Shown: positions 42,061 to 56,710 of the stretch, one piece after another
Position numbering within the stretch: position 1 is the first letter of the stretch
Layout: every line of letters starts with the position of its first letter
The notes under the pieces: model-generated
Told to the model about the DNA's origin: nothing
Seen by the model: the letters and a program-made list of their open reading frames with translations, nothing else
Databases searched by the model: none
Program-made: the position numbers and the translations under genes
NCBI RefSeq assembly: GCF_009914755.1
Contig: NC_060926.1
From: the human T2T-CHM13v2.0 reference genome, Homo sapiens
Reading direction: 5' to 3' (one strand)
Length of the DNA: 64,000 bases

Positions 42061-42518
42061 TATGTCTATAGAGTGCCCAACCAATGTGCTAATTTACCAG
42101 GAAAAATAATCAGACTCATTGTGTAGACCTCCAGATTCCAGTTGTTTGATTTACGTTTCTTTAAAACTTTTGAACAAATGTTGGCTTGAAATAGACAAGA
42201 AGTGAAATAAAAAGTTCTGCCACAGATATATACAAGATTCACTCTTTCTTACACTTTCTATTTTATGAGGTAACATTTTTCAATTTGCCAAACTGCATAA
42301 TGCTAGATTGCACTGCATGAAAATGATTTAAAAGAGCTTCAGACTCCTAAGTACTTAGGCAAGTCTCTTCCGAGTGTATGGGCGACACAGACATCTGGAC
42401 AGCATGCCACTTCTGAAGGCCTTGGCCATAAAACAGCCTCAGATTTGGTTTCCAGCGTTAGGCATACAAAGGTTCATTCAAATTGCAATGGATAAAATAA
42501 TTTGTGCGTTTATATTAT

Positions 42519-42618
42519 GTTAACCCGAGGTTATCGCTGACTGCAGGGCTGTGATTTTTCCCTTTGGTCAAGTCTTCCAGATAAATCAGACTGTGCCATC
42601 AGCGATGATCTTGTTAGC
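42519..42618 (+). other. ~100-nt imperfect hairpin with a G-U-rich stem
   Basis: GTTAAC-CC-GAGGTTATCGCTGA pairs with TCAGCGATGATCTT-GTTAGC; inner TGATTT/AAATCA. Confidence 0.55.
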
Positions 42619-45506
42619 TTCCACTGAATAGGTTTTCTCTTTCGGTCTTGACATTCCTACGTCTTTATGTAACTTCCTGTTAACTAAGACAAAAATAAAT
42701 ACATGCATTCCCCATGCGAGGAAAGAGAGAAAGACTAGTAGAGAAAGTGACGTTTATACTTGCAGAGAAAACTCCTGATTAAAGATAGAAAAGGCTGGAA
42801 CAACCTTTCCTTAACATCCAATGGCACGTGGCTGGCCCTCCACCCTCTTTTCCTGGAAGAGGCATTTGAATGAAACACTTGACAAATATTTATATGCTAG
42901 TAACCATGCTAGAATAACAGCCACAGTCTGCTATGACCTGAATTGAGCCAGAAAATGCAGAGTGAAGGCAGGGGGAACACGGCTCGGGGTCCTCTCTGGT
43001 CAGGCCTGGAGCCAGCGCTTGTAAACTGTGGACTATCACCCACTGTTGAGAGGCCTCCTTTCGGCAGACTTCAGCACAGGGATGTGGACTTGTTTCTATG
43101 AAAGCCTGGAATTCCTGTAGGGGTAGTGCCGTAAAACCGGATCTTTACCTTCCTTATTTAAAGGACTTTTTTGCGCATAGACTGCCTGTCCTGGCCTCTC
43201 TCCCACTCTGGAAAGGAAGGGCTGAGAGAGAAAAACACACTGGAGATGCTGTTTTGGATGGAAACACACTCGCTGCCTGTTTCCCTGTGTGCCCATGGTT
43301 CTTCTAGGTGCTGGGAATAGACGAGTGAGATGCAGACAAGGCCCCAGTCCTCACGGCACTTATGTGCTATGAGGAAACAAGGAATGCACATACCCCATCG
43401 AGGAGGTGTCAGTCCATCTTCATGAGCCAAAAGGTGACATGTGCCAAGGAAACAGGAATAGAGCCTTGAGTGAAGCATCAGACCAGTACAGCCGACCTGG
43501 TGGGCCTTGGTGCAAAGGGAATGGAGCAAAGACTGGGAGGTAATGAGGGGATTCCCCAGGTGCTCCCCTGGGAGAAGAGAATTCTGCCCACAGGCCCTGC
43601 CACCAGCGAGGGCCTTGCGTGCCGTGGAGTGGGAGGAACCACAAGGTGAGAAGGGTCTGAGGATGTGGGCATGGAGGCATTGCAAGGACTTTGAATTTAC
43701 TCTGAGAGATGAGTAGTCACTGGGAGGTTTGCAGCCCAGACAACCCACACGGTCATTTCAGGAAGCTTGAGAGAGACTCAGTATGTGGGGCAGCGGGCCC
43801 CCGTTTGTGGGGGCCACAGCGCAAACGCACCTGAGCCTGGAGCTGCTGGAACTCCTCTCTCTGCAGCCAGAGACCCAGGCTCACTCCTGGGCCTCCATTC
43901 CGCCTGCTGGATCAGCAAAAATGAAATGACTAAATGGGCTGTTGGATTTCAAAGAATTACAGCCCCACTCCAGTCCTTGAGAGAGAAGCAGAGGCCCTGT
44001 TCCCCTGCGTCTGTGTGGCCTGCTGCAAATAACGGGCTGGGTTTATGGCGAGGGGACGGCTGGGCGGTTGCTTGTCTAGAAACGCACCATGTGGTCCCTG
44101 CCTCCTCCTGAGCCTCAATGGCCGCCTGGGACATAGATAGCCAGACATCGCCAATTTCCAGGTTCAAAATTATATTCCCCCAACGTGAGTTAATCTTCCC
44201 ATGAAAGGAAGAAATACTTTTCACTTCATGTTACTCTCTCTACTTTTTTTTTAAAGCATCAGATCTTTTATCTCTAGTATGACTATGGATGAAATATCAC
44301 CAGCTTCATATTTCAAGATAATTTCCCTTCCAGCAAACATTCCCCTAGGAATAAAGACATGTAGTGCCCACACTGCTGGGCTGCTTTTTCCGCCTCTGTC
44401 TAAACAAGGCCCTGTGTGTTCCATCTGCTTGTCGGTTCCCAGTGTGCACTGGTCACTGCTGGGCTGAAAGGTCTCGCTTTTAGCTTCCTAGATAGGCCAG
44501 CGAGGTTAATAAGTTAATAAAATCCTATTTATCAGACTCCGGAGTCCATTTCCTCTTCCCCGTGGCTCATGGTTGTAATTATTCTTTATGGACTCTCGGT
44601 GTTCCTTTAGATCTGATTTCCTCGCACTCCCCTCCCATTTCCTGAAAGCCACGCCACAGAAGGAGAGAGTGGTCTTTTCTCTGGAAAGATGTCTGTTACT
44701 CATTTCCACCTTGGTGTCACGAAAGCTAGTCTGAAGGGATACGTTTAAATATTTAAAATTTTAAGATGCATGTGGAACAGCCTGGGTTGCTTCTCCTCCT
44801 GAGCAGATTAGGTTAGAAAGACCTGGGGGCCCCTGGATAACCCGGCGTAGCTGTCCAGGAGTGCAGAGATTGGGAACCAGATCCTGGGCTCTTGGCAGCT
44901 TCAGCTTTATCTGGAAAATTGGAGCCATCATTTCGACCATGCTCACATATGAAGATAAATGACAATAGCTTGCGTGAAAGTGTTTTTGAAAACAACAATA
45001 ACAACAAAACACAGAAAAAGAAGGCATGATCTTGGCTGCTTTTGATGTGACTGTTTCCCTTAGCAGGGTGCCAGGGATATGGGGAATTTAGGCCAAATTA
45101 GCCGGAGCTTCTCTTATTAGCGAAGATTCGCTTATCAGGTTCCCTGCTGTCAGCTTGGAAGACCCAGAGTCTGACCCCGAATAATGAAATAGAGGACAAA
45201 TGAAGATTCTGTCTCTGAGCAGGACTCGGGATGGGGAGCAGTGGGCCCCAGCTGGAGGGGCGCAGGTCAGGCTGTAGGGCCCCTGGAGCTGGCTCCCTGG
45301 CTTGAGAGAAAGGGCCACAGTCACCTTCGCCTGCCCAGGCCCAGTCGTCTTTCTCGGGAGTGGCGGAATGTAGCTTTCTACCCTACGGGCTCCTGCGCCT
45401 CACAGTGCTGGCTTTGGGTTTCTTCTGGGTCTCTGTGCTAACTTAGGCTCCGACGTTTCTAACTTTGGCCAAGAAGGTTTTGTATACGAATTTATAGTGT
45501 ACTGTA

Positions 45507-45531
45507 TATGTGTGTGTGTGTGTGTGTGTGT
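45507..45531 (+). repeat. (TG)n microsatellite
   Basis: Directly visible. Confidence 0.9.
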
Positions 45532-45809
45532 ACGCGTGCACACCAGCACATGCACTTTTTAAAACAACTAGGAATCTTCTCAGCAAACACTATTCCTTGT
45601 CTACTCCCTTCTCTTGAAGATGGTCACTGAGTGGCTACGGAGACACAAACTTGGAGGAAAGCACCCTGGCCTTGCCAACAGTGGAGAGTGCCCCAGGGCC
45701 AACCCCGATGAATCTCTGCCAGATGAGGTGCAGAAGGGGATGGGGCAAAGGAAGCAGATACTCCCCCACGTGACTTCCCCACAGGAGCCACTTAACCAGA
45801 GGAAGACAG

Positions 45810-46179
45810 TGATATGGTTTGGCTGTGTCCCACCCAAATCTCATCTTGAACTGTAGTTCTCGTAATCCCCATGTGCTGTGGGAGCAACACGGTGGGAGGT
45901 AATTGAATCACGGGGGTGGTTACCTCCATGCTGTTCTGGTGATAGTGAGTGAGTTCTCACGAGATCTGATGGTTTTATAAGGGACTTTTCCCCTTTTGCT
46001 CAGCACTTTTCCTTGCTGCCGCTATGTGAAGAAGGATGTGTTTGCTTCCCCTTCCTCCATGATTATAAGTTTCCTGAGGCCTGCCCAGCCCTGCAGAACT
46101 GTGAGTCAGTTAAACTTTCTTTATAAATTACCCAGTCTCAGATATGTCTTTACTGGCAATGTGAGAACGGACTAATACA
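45810..46179 (+). mobile_element. THE1C-like solo LTR
   Basis: TGATATGGTTTGGCTGTGTCCC...TTTATAAATTACCCAGTCTC...GGACTAATACA. Confidence 0.92.
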
Positions 46180-46599
46180 GATGGGCAGAGAAAGGTCTCC
46201 GTGCCAGCATCTAACCTGGTGATCAAGGATGGAAAGAAGAGTGGGGCCACACCATGTAGAGACTCCTCTGAGCCAATTTCACTTGAGGGCCTTGGCCTAC
46301 AAGCCAAACAAACAAACAAACACATAAACAAACAGGGGGGCTATGGCTGCCAAAATACACAGAGGCACAGCCCCCAGGTGGCCCCCAGCTTCCTTGCCCC
46401 CACATCCTGAACACCCCTCTGCACAGTAACAAGCTGGCAGAGAAAAACTACAAGCAATTTAAAATTTCTTCCCTTTCCTCTATCTGACCTTCAGAGAACT
46501 AGTCTGAGATCTACGACAACTTCAGAATCCATCTCTGCCCAACCCTGGACAGGCACAGACTTCCCTCTGCAAGAATATAAAAGCAAGCACATAAACCAC

Positions 46600-47760
46600 A
46601 ACCAACTAGGCATCTGAATCTATTAATTAATTCAACATCCATTGAATAAGTCAAAAGAGGAAGATAATATGATCAATTAATAAATGCCAAAGAGCTCCTT
46701 GGCTAAAATCCAACCTATCTTAATTAATTTCACCTACACATGCACTAAACAAACAATCCATGTGATATGAGATTCTGTTGCAGTTCTCTAATGTGGTTCT
46801 TAAAAAATCTCAAAACAAAAATCATTGTCATGCTTCACTGTGACACAATAAAGCCATTCAAATTAAAGTCAAGACAATGAAAAGGATGCCTATGTTCACT
46901 GTTGTTATTTAATATGGTTTTGGAAATACCAGCCAATGCAATTAGATAAGAGATCATTTGAAGATGGCATTAGTGTGTGTCTAGAAACACAAAGTAAATC
47001 AAGCGAAAACATTATTAGAATCAATAGGAGAATTCAGTTAGGTGGTCTTAAAATTACTATGCAAAATCAATAGCTTTCCTTTATCTGAAAAAATAAACAT
47101 TTAGAAAGTGTAACAGAAGGAGCATACCCATCTGAATGGCAATAACATTTGAATAGCCAGTAATAAACTTTATAAAACAACTGCAGGACCAATGTGAGGG
47201 AAATATTGTATTCTGCTGAGAGACATAAACCCTATGAGGAGTATTTTCTGTAAGTAAATGAGATAACTTCTTGTCCTCGGAAGGGGAGGCTCAACTGTGT
47301 AAAGAAATAAATTACCCTAAATTAGACTATATATTTAGTCTATGGTCTAAATATAGGCCTGTGCTGCCCGGTTATTAAAATGTTGAGTTATTCCAGAAAG
47401 TCAGAGCACTTTGCACCGGAGCATGAATAGATAGGATTGTTGAGCTGAATACACGGGACAGAAATGACTGAAATACCTGTGGGACGCCAGTGCTCTCCGC
47501 ATAATGAAGCTGACATGTTAAGGCAAAGGGGAAGTCCTGGAAAACTGACAAGTTTCAGTCTTTGGGGGGAAAGCAAGTTACAGAGCAGTATGTAGAGTGT
47601 GATACCGTTGTGTACAGAGAACAGCTGCAGATTAACATTTTTCTAGGAGAATAGATGGGAAAATGATGATAATTATTAAATCTTTGCTGGGGAGATTGGG
47701 AGCGGGAAGGAGTTTTCACTTTACTAAGTTTGGGGGAAATGACTTCAGTGTTTTGAAAAC
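46600..47760 (+). mobile_element. Ancient L1 ORF2 and 3' fragments (L1ME-like)
   Basis: AAAGGATGCCTATG.TCACTGTTGTTATTTAATATGG.TTTGGAAAT.CCAGCCAATGCAATTAGA...AAAATCAATAGCTTTCCT L1 ORF2 motifs. Confidence 0.65.
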
Positions 47761-48660
47761 AAAGTGATATACATCTTCATATAGATGATCCAAACGATTA
47801 CTTTAAAAAAATAAAATTGGTTGAGCATAATTTTAGAAATGTCATGATAGATAGACCAATATACTTACAGATGGATAGAAGTAATTTTATAAAAACTGGA
47901 TCATATGATAAGTATTTGTCAAAAATGCATCAAATTTAATTTTAAGGAACTGCTGTATTTCAAACAAATGCTTCTTTGCTCCCTCACTATGAGAAAACCA
48001 ATTGGATTCTAAAAGACCCCTAGAACATTAGAAAGGCGGGGGGAAGTAGAATAAACAATGAATAGGTTAGAATGACAGCACTGTTTCAGTTGCATGTTGG
48101 AACTTGTCACAGTGCCTGTTAATTTGCTGCTACGAAAGATGATGAAATGGGTGCACCCACCCTCCATCCCCCTGGGTCTCACCTACCCACCAGGTTTTAG
48201 TAGCTGCATTATTACTGGTTCATTTTAAAGTTGTATAATCTCTACGATGCGTTCTGCAGCAAAAATTCCCAGAACAGCCTCGTCCTGACTCTCCGTTAAA
48301 TATATGCGGTGTTTGCCAAGAGTTAATATTTCATGACTTTCCCGTTCTTGAGTTGCTTATTTGGATTCATCATTTGGTTAGCAGGGCTTTGCACCAGCAG
48401 CTCATGGATGCTGCAGCTTCTAAGTCTACTTGTGTTTGAGAGTGTCTACATGTTGCCTTTGCTTTTGGAGAGCGATGTGATTGCATGAAAAGAATTGGTA
48501 ATGCTTTCCTTTTCCTTGACAAACTTGTAGGCCTCCAGCCATGGAAGTGTTCTAGTGGGGAAGGAGGAAGCCACCATGAATATCTCCCTTAGAAGAACAC
48601 TACTGTGGCCAGGGACACTTATGCAATTCCCATAAGGTTCTTTGTTGTTATATGAACTGC

Positions 48661-48665
<5 letters not shown>

Positions 48666-48706
<41 letters not shown>
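48666..48706 (+). repeat. (CA)~20 microsatellite
   Basis: Directly visible. Confidence 0.95.
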
Positions 48707-48710
<4 letters not shown>

Positions 48711-49499
48711 ACTGCCTAGCAGCACATTGTAAAGGCTGTATAATGTGACTATTATCATCCTTGTTTTCTTTATTCCTGAAATCTAATTAAATAACTTCAG
48801 TGGGTTATGTCTGTTGATCTCTCAGCATTGACTTTTCCTGAAACATGATGTCTATTTCATATACAGATTCAGGGCTATTTTTATGTCAGGTAAGCTTTAA
48901 GAAAAAATCTTTGAATGTTTTAACGTGTGTTCTATTCTTTTATTATAATTATCCCTGTTCTTGTCTGTTTTCATTTTGTACAAATCTTCAAGCCTATCTA
49001 CCATGTCCTTGGCAGTATCCTCTTCAGTGGTTATTCTTTTTTGTTCTAGTATGTTTTACATTTCTTCTAGTATGACTTTTAATTTATTTTAATTACTTTG
49101 TTAATTTGAAGGAATTATGCATATAATAAATGCACATAATAAAAACAAATTCAATTAATTCCAAGGTATATACAGAAAAAGTTAAGTTTCTCTCTCATTG
49201 TAGACACCCAGATCCTCAGTCTGTCATTTCCAGATTAAGTGTATTCTTCCAGAATGTTCTTCACAAATGGCAGTATCATCTACACAAGAAGAAGCATAAC
49301 AGTTGGAAACTTTTTTTCATGTCATTACTTATAATTTATTGTTTTTCACGGTTGCATAGTTTTTTGGATACAAATACTTTAGTTATGAACATGTAGTTTT
49401 TTTCACTTTTCTACTTCTCATATTTTATTTTTAAAATTATATTTACTATGACCATTTTTTTGCACACAGTGCAAGAATATCTAGAATAAAATTTTAGCA

Positions 49500-49667
49500 G
49501 TAGAATACTATTTCAAATGTCTTGTGCTATATTATTACTAGTAGGGGAGGAAGGTCCTACTGGCATCTAGAAGGTAGAGGCCTGAGATCCCATAGTGAGC
49601 AGGACACACTCCATAACAAAGAATTATCTGGCCCAAATGTCAGTGGTTCTGCAGTTGAGAAACCCTG
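49500..49667. mobile_element. MER20 fragment
   Basis: CTACTGGCATCTAG..GGTAGAGGCC...AACAAAGAATTATCTGGCCCAAATGTCAGT...GTTGAGAAACCCTG. Confidence 0.8.
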
Positions 49668-49980
49668 TGCTGTAGGACATAAGCTGTTACTGCATGTGCC
49701 TTCAATGCAAGTTGTATCAGGGAAATGCCCAGTCAAATCAGACGGTCCCAAGGAAAACCACTGTCTGGTTACGAATAAAGGGTCTATAAAAAGCATAGAA
49801 CAACATAGCAATAATGCATAATTTAGGGGAAAAATGAGGACCAAAACATTAATACGGGGAAGCAATAAATGCATTAAAATATTAAGGAATAGACATAGCA
49901 TAGCAGTAGCTGAATAATAGCGTAAGGGACAGGCATTAAGATATAATAATAATAAAAACAATCCTGTAATAACTAAAATG

Positions 49981-50064
49981 TATTAGGTTGAGCCGTAGGA
50001 AAACATCATTTCGTAGTTTACAAAATAGTTGAATATTGATAATATGACATGAGTTAATCTATTA
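49981..50064. mobile_element. Degenerate MADE2-like mariner MITE
   Basis: TATTAGGTTGAGCCGTAGGAAA...TACAAAATAGTTGAATATTG...CATGAGTTAATCTATTA resembles the recalled MADE2 palindrome. Confidence 0.55.
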
Positions 50065-50339
50065 ATGATTGCTTACTCTTTGATATGGAGCGGTCTATTA
50101 TAACAACGTTATCTGACTCTTTCTTTAACACAGTCTGATGAGGTAATTCTCAGGATACAGATGGACGTCTGTGCTCTGAAGTTTAATCCTCTCACCCAAG
50201 ATCAAAGAGAAAGTAAGTGCACAGCCAGAACTGAGCCCTGGTTTATCTGTTGTCAAACCCACATTCTTCACTGTGAAGCTAATATTTGCACAAAGTAAAG
50301 AAATAAAAAAAGAGATAAATGAAATTAAAAAGATGTGAG

Positions 50340-52600
50340 AAGAAGAACACAGGCCACCGAGAGCTAACATGTAGACAGTGGGTGCCTGTAACGTCAGGAA
50401 CAGAACAAGTGGAAGAGAAGGGCAAGCACGTTCAGAAGGACCAGAGAAGAAATCATGCTCAAGCAAAGAATTCAATCTGCTGCTTGAAAGGCCACATCAT
50501 ATTCCTGGAAAATTTTAATAACAAAAATAAATCCTAAGGTATGTCTTGCTAGAAATATTTAACTCTAAGGATTAAGAAAGAATACTACAAGCTTTCAGGC
50601 AGAAGAAAAGGCTCATGGCCTAAAGGAGGAAAAATGCAGAGCAACATGGACCTTAGACTTGTCCTCGACACAGCTCTATCGCAGAAGCAAATTTCACGGT
50701 AGCTTTAGGAGAACATGAGAGTCCTAATGTTTGTACCCAGTGAAGTTTTTCTTCATGTATAAATTCAACAAAAAATCATAATAAAAAGGTCAATGAATCC
50801 CTTCTGAAAAAACTAGTAAGCCATATTTGAAATGACTGCAAATGAAGACTTCAGACAAAGGGAAGGTATCATGACAGGGCTGGCGGTGAGCACTGACATG
50901 TGGAACTGAGGGTAAACAACTCGATAATTCTACTTATGCAATGCTGTGAAGTCAATCATTTGAAGGAAAAGATTGGGAAGTAAAATTTTAAAATACTGTC
51001 TAATATACAGAAACTAAAATTCCTGGGTTTATAAACAAAAGGAAGAAGTAGTACCAACATCAAATCATCTAGTCTTTCCTCCACTGTTTTGATGTAGCTT
51101 TGGTAGAATTATTTCATTTTAAAATTTTGTTCCTGAAGTTTTGAAAAGAAAATGTAATGCTATCTATCCATGTTCTTATAAAATTAGTCACTATGAGAAG
51201 TAAGGACAAATTATATAGCTCTGAAACTATCACATTCTGAAAAAACACTGAACAGAAAACAAAAGATACAAAAGAAAGAAAGAGAAAGTATTTCATTTTG
51301 ACCAAAAAGAATGAGGAGCACTGATAACTTAATATGTGAAAATCTATTAACATAATTCACTCTGTTGACAGATTTATGAAGAAAACATATGGTCATCTCA
51401 GTAGATACAGGAAAAAAATTCAATTAAATTTAATACTCATATGTGATCAAATAACTCTTAGTAAACCAATAAGCAAATAATCTTAACTTGATTTTAAAAA
51501 GGCTCAACAAAATTAGACATCATCTCGTTTGGGTGGTGAAACATTAGAAGCATTGTTTTGTTTTTTGAACAAAAAAGTTGTCTATTACCATTGTTTTAAT
51601 TGATAAATATTATATTAAAATTCTAGAAAGTATCAGTCAAAGAAAAGAATCCCTGCCTTAAACAAATTCCAAATGAGATAAAATATACAGAGAGAAGAAT
51701 CAGAAAGAAACACAGATATTATTTCCAGCAACAATGAATTAGAAAATGTAATTATAAAGGTTTCTGCCAACCATAAAGCAAAACTTACAAGTATCTGGGA
51801 ATGCATCTAACATGATGCAAGCCTGATTTTTTATTGAGAAAATTATAACACAATTTGAAAATGACTAAATAAGTGGAAATTTGTTCTGGATTTACAAGTG
51901 GGAAGCCAACCTTAAAACAATATCAAGTCTCTCTGATTTAACTTATGATAAAGTCCATACAATTCTAGTCAAAACCCTGCAGGGTTGTTAATAAAACTTG
52001 ACATTAATCTTTATCATAAAATCCTTACGAAAGGGTAAAGGTCTAACGATAGTGAAGCTATGTCCTAAAGAAGGATGTTGGCTGGGGAGACTGCCTGACC
52101 ATTTATCCCGGCTTTATAAGATTACAGTAATTAGAACAGGATGACATCAACACACGAGATAAACAGAGACCAAGGATACGGCTTTGAGGGCTCAGAAGCT
52201 GGTCCATGTATATTTAGGTTAAAAAGTAAAGCTTTAAGATTTGTAGGAGAAAGAACAGGGCAATGGCCAATGTTGGTAAAGATGTGGAGGAAAGATGACT
52301 CTTCTGCCCTGTGTTTAGAGGTTTGGGAAGGAGGAGGGGGACGTGTAAATGGGACAATTTATTGGAAGACAGTTTGTCTCTTCTGGTGAAGCTGATGATG
52401 GCAATACCCTATAATGCTACATTTTACTAATTCAGGAGATAGTCCACAGAAAATCTCACATATCAGGACTTTTATTAAAGCGTTATTTATAAAAACGAAT
52501 ATTAGAAAAAAACCAAAATGTCCATACCTGGGAAAATGGGTAAATTCTGCCATATTTATAAAATACTACACAGTAATTCTTCTGAAAATTTAAGTCTTAA
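50340..52600 (+). mobile_element. Ancient L1 ORF1/ORF2/3' fragments
   Basis: GAAAACATATGGTCATCTCAGTAGATACAGGAAAAAAATT (RT region), A-rich strand bias, AACCAAAATGTCCAT 3' motif. Confidence 0.6.
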
Positions 52601-53021
52601 TATGTCTACATGGAGAACAGGATGAGGACAGAAATTTCAACTGTGTGAGTGACAGCAATCCTTTGAGAAGAAATAATATTCAGAGTAGAAACTGAAAACA
52701 GAGTTGAATGACATAACCAATACGTTGACAACTGGCACCTGCATTCCTCTTGGGGAGAAATTTGTCTCTGTTTAGGGGGAAAGGGCTTAATCAACTCAGA
52801 TTTAGAAGGAAGAACTCAGATAATATATTCTGGGGTAAAAGATACCTGAAAGAGGGTGCCGCATGGTATTAAACTCTGATTAATTTAGGACCGACCGTGA
52901 GACAATAGAAAATGTTTACTTAAAAGCTGAATATTCCAGTTCAAAGATTTTAATATTTGTAAATTTTACAAGTATCATATATTACCTTTGTAATTAAAAA
53001 AATAATTATTAAGAAGTTTCG

Positions 53022-54035
<1,014 letters not shown>

Positions 54036-54314
54036 AAATGCAAGGCTAAATATATGGAGAGAGAGTAGACAGCAACCTCTGCAGACCCCTTGCCCACTCT
54101 GGGGAGCCCCATCCAGCTTGCGGAGACTGAGCAGCCCAGGCTTCAGGTCGTGTGACCTGTGGCCAACAGAATCAGACTCCTTCTGGTCCGGTTTCTTTTC
54201 AATGACTCTAGTGCCAGATGGCGAAAGTAATTTAGAATTCACCTCTCTGAATCCAGCCTTTGTACTGCACAGCAATTTGGAAGAACTGAAGAAAAGAAAA
54301 TGTTTTTGTAGGAG

Positions 54315-54376
54315 ATATATATATATATATCTCCTATATATATATATATCTCATATATATATATATATATATATAT
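54315..54376 (+). repeat. Interrupted (TA)n
   Basis: Directly visible. Confidence 0.9.
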
Positions 54377-55455
54377 GCAAACAAATAAAGGCATCAGAAA
54401 CATTGTTGGGTCACACAATTGTCAGCTTCATCTCCATGAACACATATGGCCCAGATAAGTAGCTGTGCAAATGCATCACGTGACGTTCAGATTCTTCTTG
54501 ACGAGCAGTAAGGAGTAAATTAGAATCCCACTAGGGCTTGAACTACAAATGAACTACCGGGGAGGAATACCATTTTTGTTGTGAAAATAAAGGTACTAAT
54601 TTGATAAGGAGATTAAGGGAGTGGATTGAGGGGAAGGGAGGTTTCCTTGTTAAAAATTTACCGTTGTTAATGGAATTCATTAATCGCTCCCATCTGCTCT
54701 TTCTGGCTATGAAAACAGTAAACCAAGAAGGAAAATTATGGAGGTCTTAACACCTCCAGGATGTCCTTATACTTTTTAAGGAAGATGGACATTTAGCCTT
54801 TGTATTTTAGCAAAGACAAAGGTTTACTAAAATACAAAGTTGAGTATACATTTGTATAAAGAGTTACGCAAACGCTATCCCAGTAACTGAGGACGGCACA
54901 CTCAGAGTGTTTCTGGAAATAAAGTGAGCACGGTGCAGGGACCTGAAGCCCGGGAAGAGGCTGAGACATTCCTGGTCACCTGTTCAGCGTAACCTTTCTC
55001 CAGTTAGCAAGCTGACAGCAGGTTTGCTGCTGATAATATTTTTATTTCCTAACTCTCCTGGCCATCTGTCCAGTTACATGCGATGAGTCTTCTGTAGTTA
55101 CTCTGGGATTCCTGGAGTCATAGTAATTTCCTAAAAGATGTCTATTTTTTCAGGAAAACCAGGAGAGGAAGGACTAATTTATTTGACTTATAAATACACA
55201 TTGTAAAAATATCAGATAAGGAAACGTTTCAGTAGGTAAAAAAAGTTTCTTTTTTCAGCACATCTCAGCACCTGCTCTGTGCCTCTGCTGGGTCCTGTGG
55301 TTAGAGAGTTGCAGATAGATACTCCACCTCTGCTCTCAGGAATTTAGTGTCAGGGACCTCCAGGAGGGCAATTCAATACGGGAAGTATTTAGAGTAGCCA
55401 TGGGTACAAAATGCTCTTGGAGCTCATTAATTCTGCCCTCAGGTGTTAGGGACAT

Positions 55456-55750
55456 GATAGTTATTACAGCTATTAACAAACCTTCTCCTTCTCCAGAGCA
55501 CATGGCAGGGCTCCACTTCCCTGCTCCCATGTAGGCTGGGCATGGCTGTGGACCCTGCCTTGTCATGGTGATCAAGGTAGCTCCTCCTTCAATCAGGGTT
55601 CCTGAGAGATTGAGATAGACAGTGTCACTACTGACCATGCTGGACACGTAACAGGAGGGGAAAAACAAGCTGCTGTTGTGTACACCACTGAGATTTGGGG
55701 GCTGTTTGTGCTGATTAAATGGGGAGTGACTTGCAGAGTTTAACTCAGTA
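55456..55750 (+). mobile_element. MLT1J/K-like MaLR LTR
   Basis: CACTTCCCTGCTCCC..GTAGG..GGGCATG...ATCAGGGTTCCTGAG...CCACTGAGATTTGGGGGCTGTTTGT. Confidence 0.65.
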
Positions 55751-55899
55751 TGGAAGTGCAGGGAAAGTAGGAGCAGGGAGAGCCGACCCAAAGATACAAA
55801 GACGTTTTCCTTTGCCTCGACTGCTCCTCCTCCTGCCCTTGCCTGCTCCATGTCTCCTCACCTCTTTCCTGATTACTGGCTCAGCATGGTGTGTTGACC

Positions 55900-56710
55900 A
55901 CAGCCCCGGCTCTCCTACCCCACCGATCTACCCAGCTAGACATGAACGCATGTGCCCTAGGCACATACAAGCTTATTCATGGCACTATTCATAGTATTAA
56001 CAACTAGAGACCTACATGTCCACTGTCTGTAGTATCTACTTCCCAAATATACAACATAGAGTTCCTGGAGAGTATTTTCTCAGGTGAATAAAATGAGATG
56101 AGGACTTGTTATTTGGTACCCTGGCAAGCTCTCATGATGTAGGTTAAGGGCCAGATAGAGACCTTACAGACAAAGCCATCCACTTCAGAGATGTAGAGTC
56201 CTCTTATCTACTTATGTCCATTCCAAATTATATGTACAGGAAAATGTGGAAGCAATTTTGAAAGTCAAATATAGCTAGTAGCATAGATGAATACATTTCA
56301 GCACACACAAACATACACACACCTACACACAATGGGAAACCATATCTCAATGAAAAGAGATAAACCACTGATTATGCAACAACATGAATGAATATCACAA
56401 ACTTAATACTGACAAAGAGAAATAAGTCACAAAAACGAATATAGGTTCCGTTTGCACAAAGTTTAAAATAGGCCAAAGAAAACCAAAACCAAGCAACAAC
56501 AAAAAACCCTATGATGTCAGAAGCCAGGACAGCAGCTCCTGTGGGGTGAGGAAGGGAGTGGTGACTGAGAAGGGCATGGGAAGGGCTTTTCTGAGGCCAA
56601 CAATGTTGTACTCTTTGATCCGGCGTGGTAGGTAAATGTGTGTATTCACTGTATGAAGACTCATCAAGCTGTATACTTCTGATTTGTTTACTAAGTTTTA
56701 TACCATAATA
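55900..56710 (+). mobile_element. Old L1 3' end interrupted by a ~240-bp duplicated segment
   Basis: GGCACTATTCATAGTA...ATGTCCA [insert] ...ATGCAACAACATGAATGAAT.TCACAAAC...TGATGTCAGAAGCCAGGACAG...CTCATCAAGCTGTATACTT. Confidence 0.7.

Noticed and set aside
43158-43748. 196-aa ORF
   Set aside because: Overlaps L2-like relics; no protein family recognised.
48072-48122. Small hairpin GACAGCACTGT...ACAGTGCCTGTT
   Set aside because: Stem of about 11 bp with a weak interior, within chance expectation for 64 kb.
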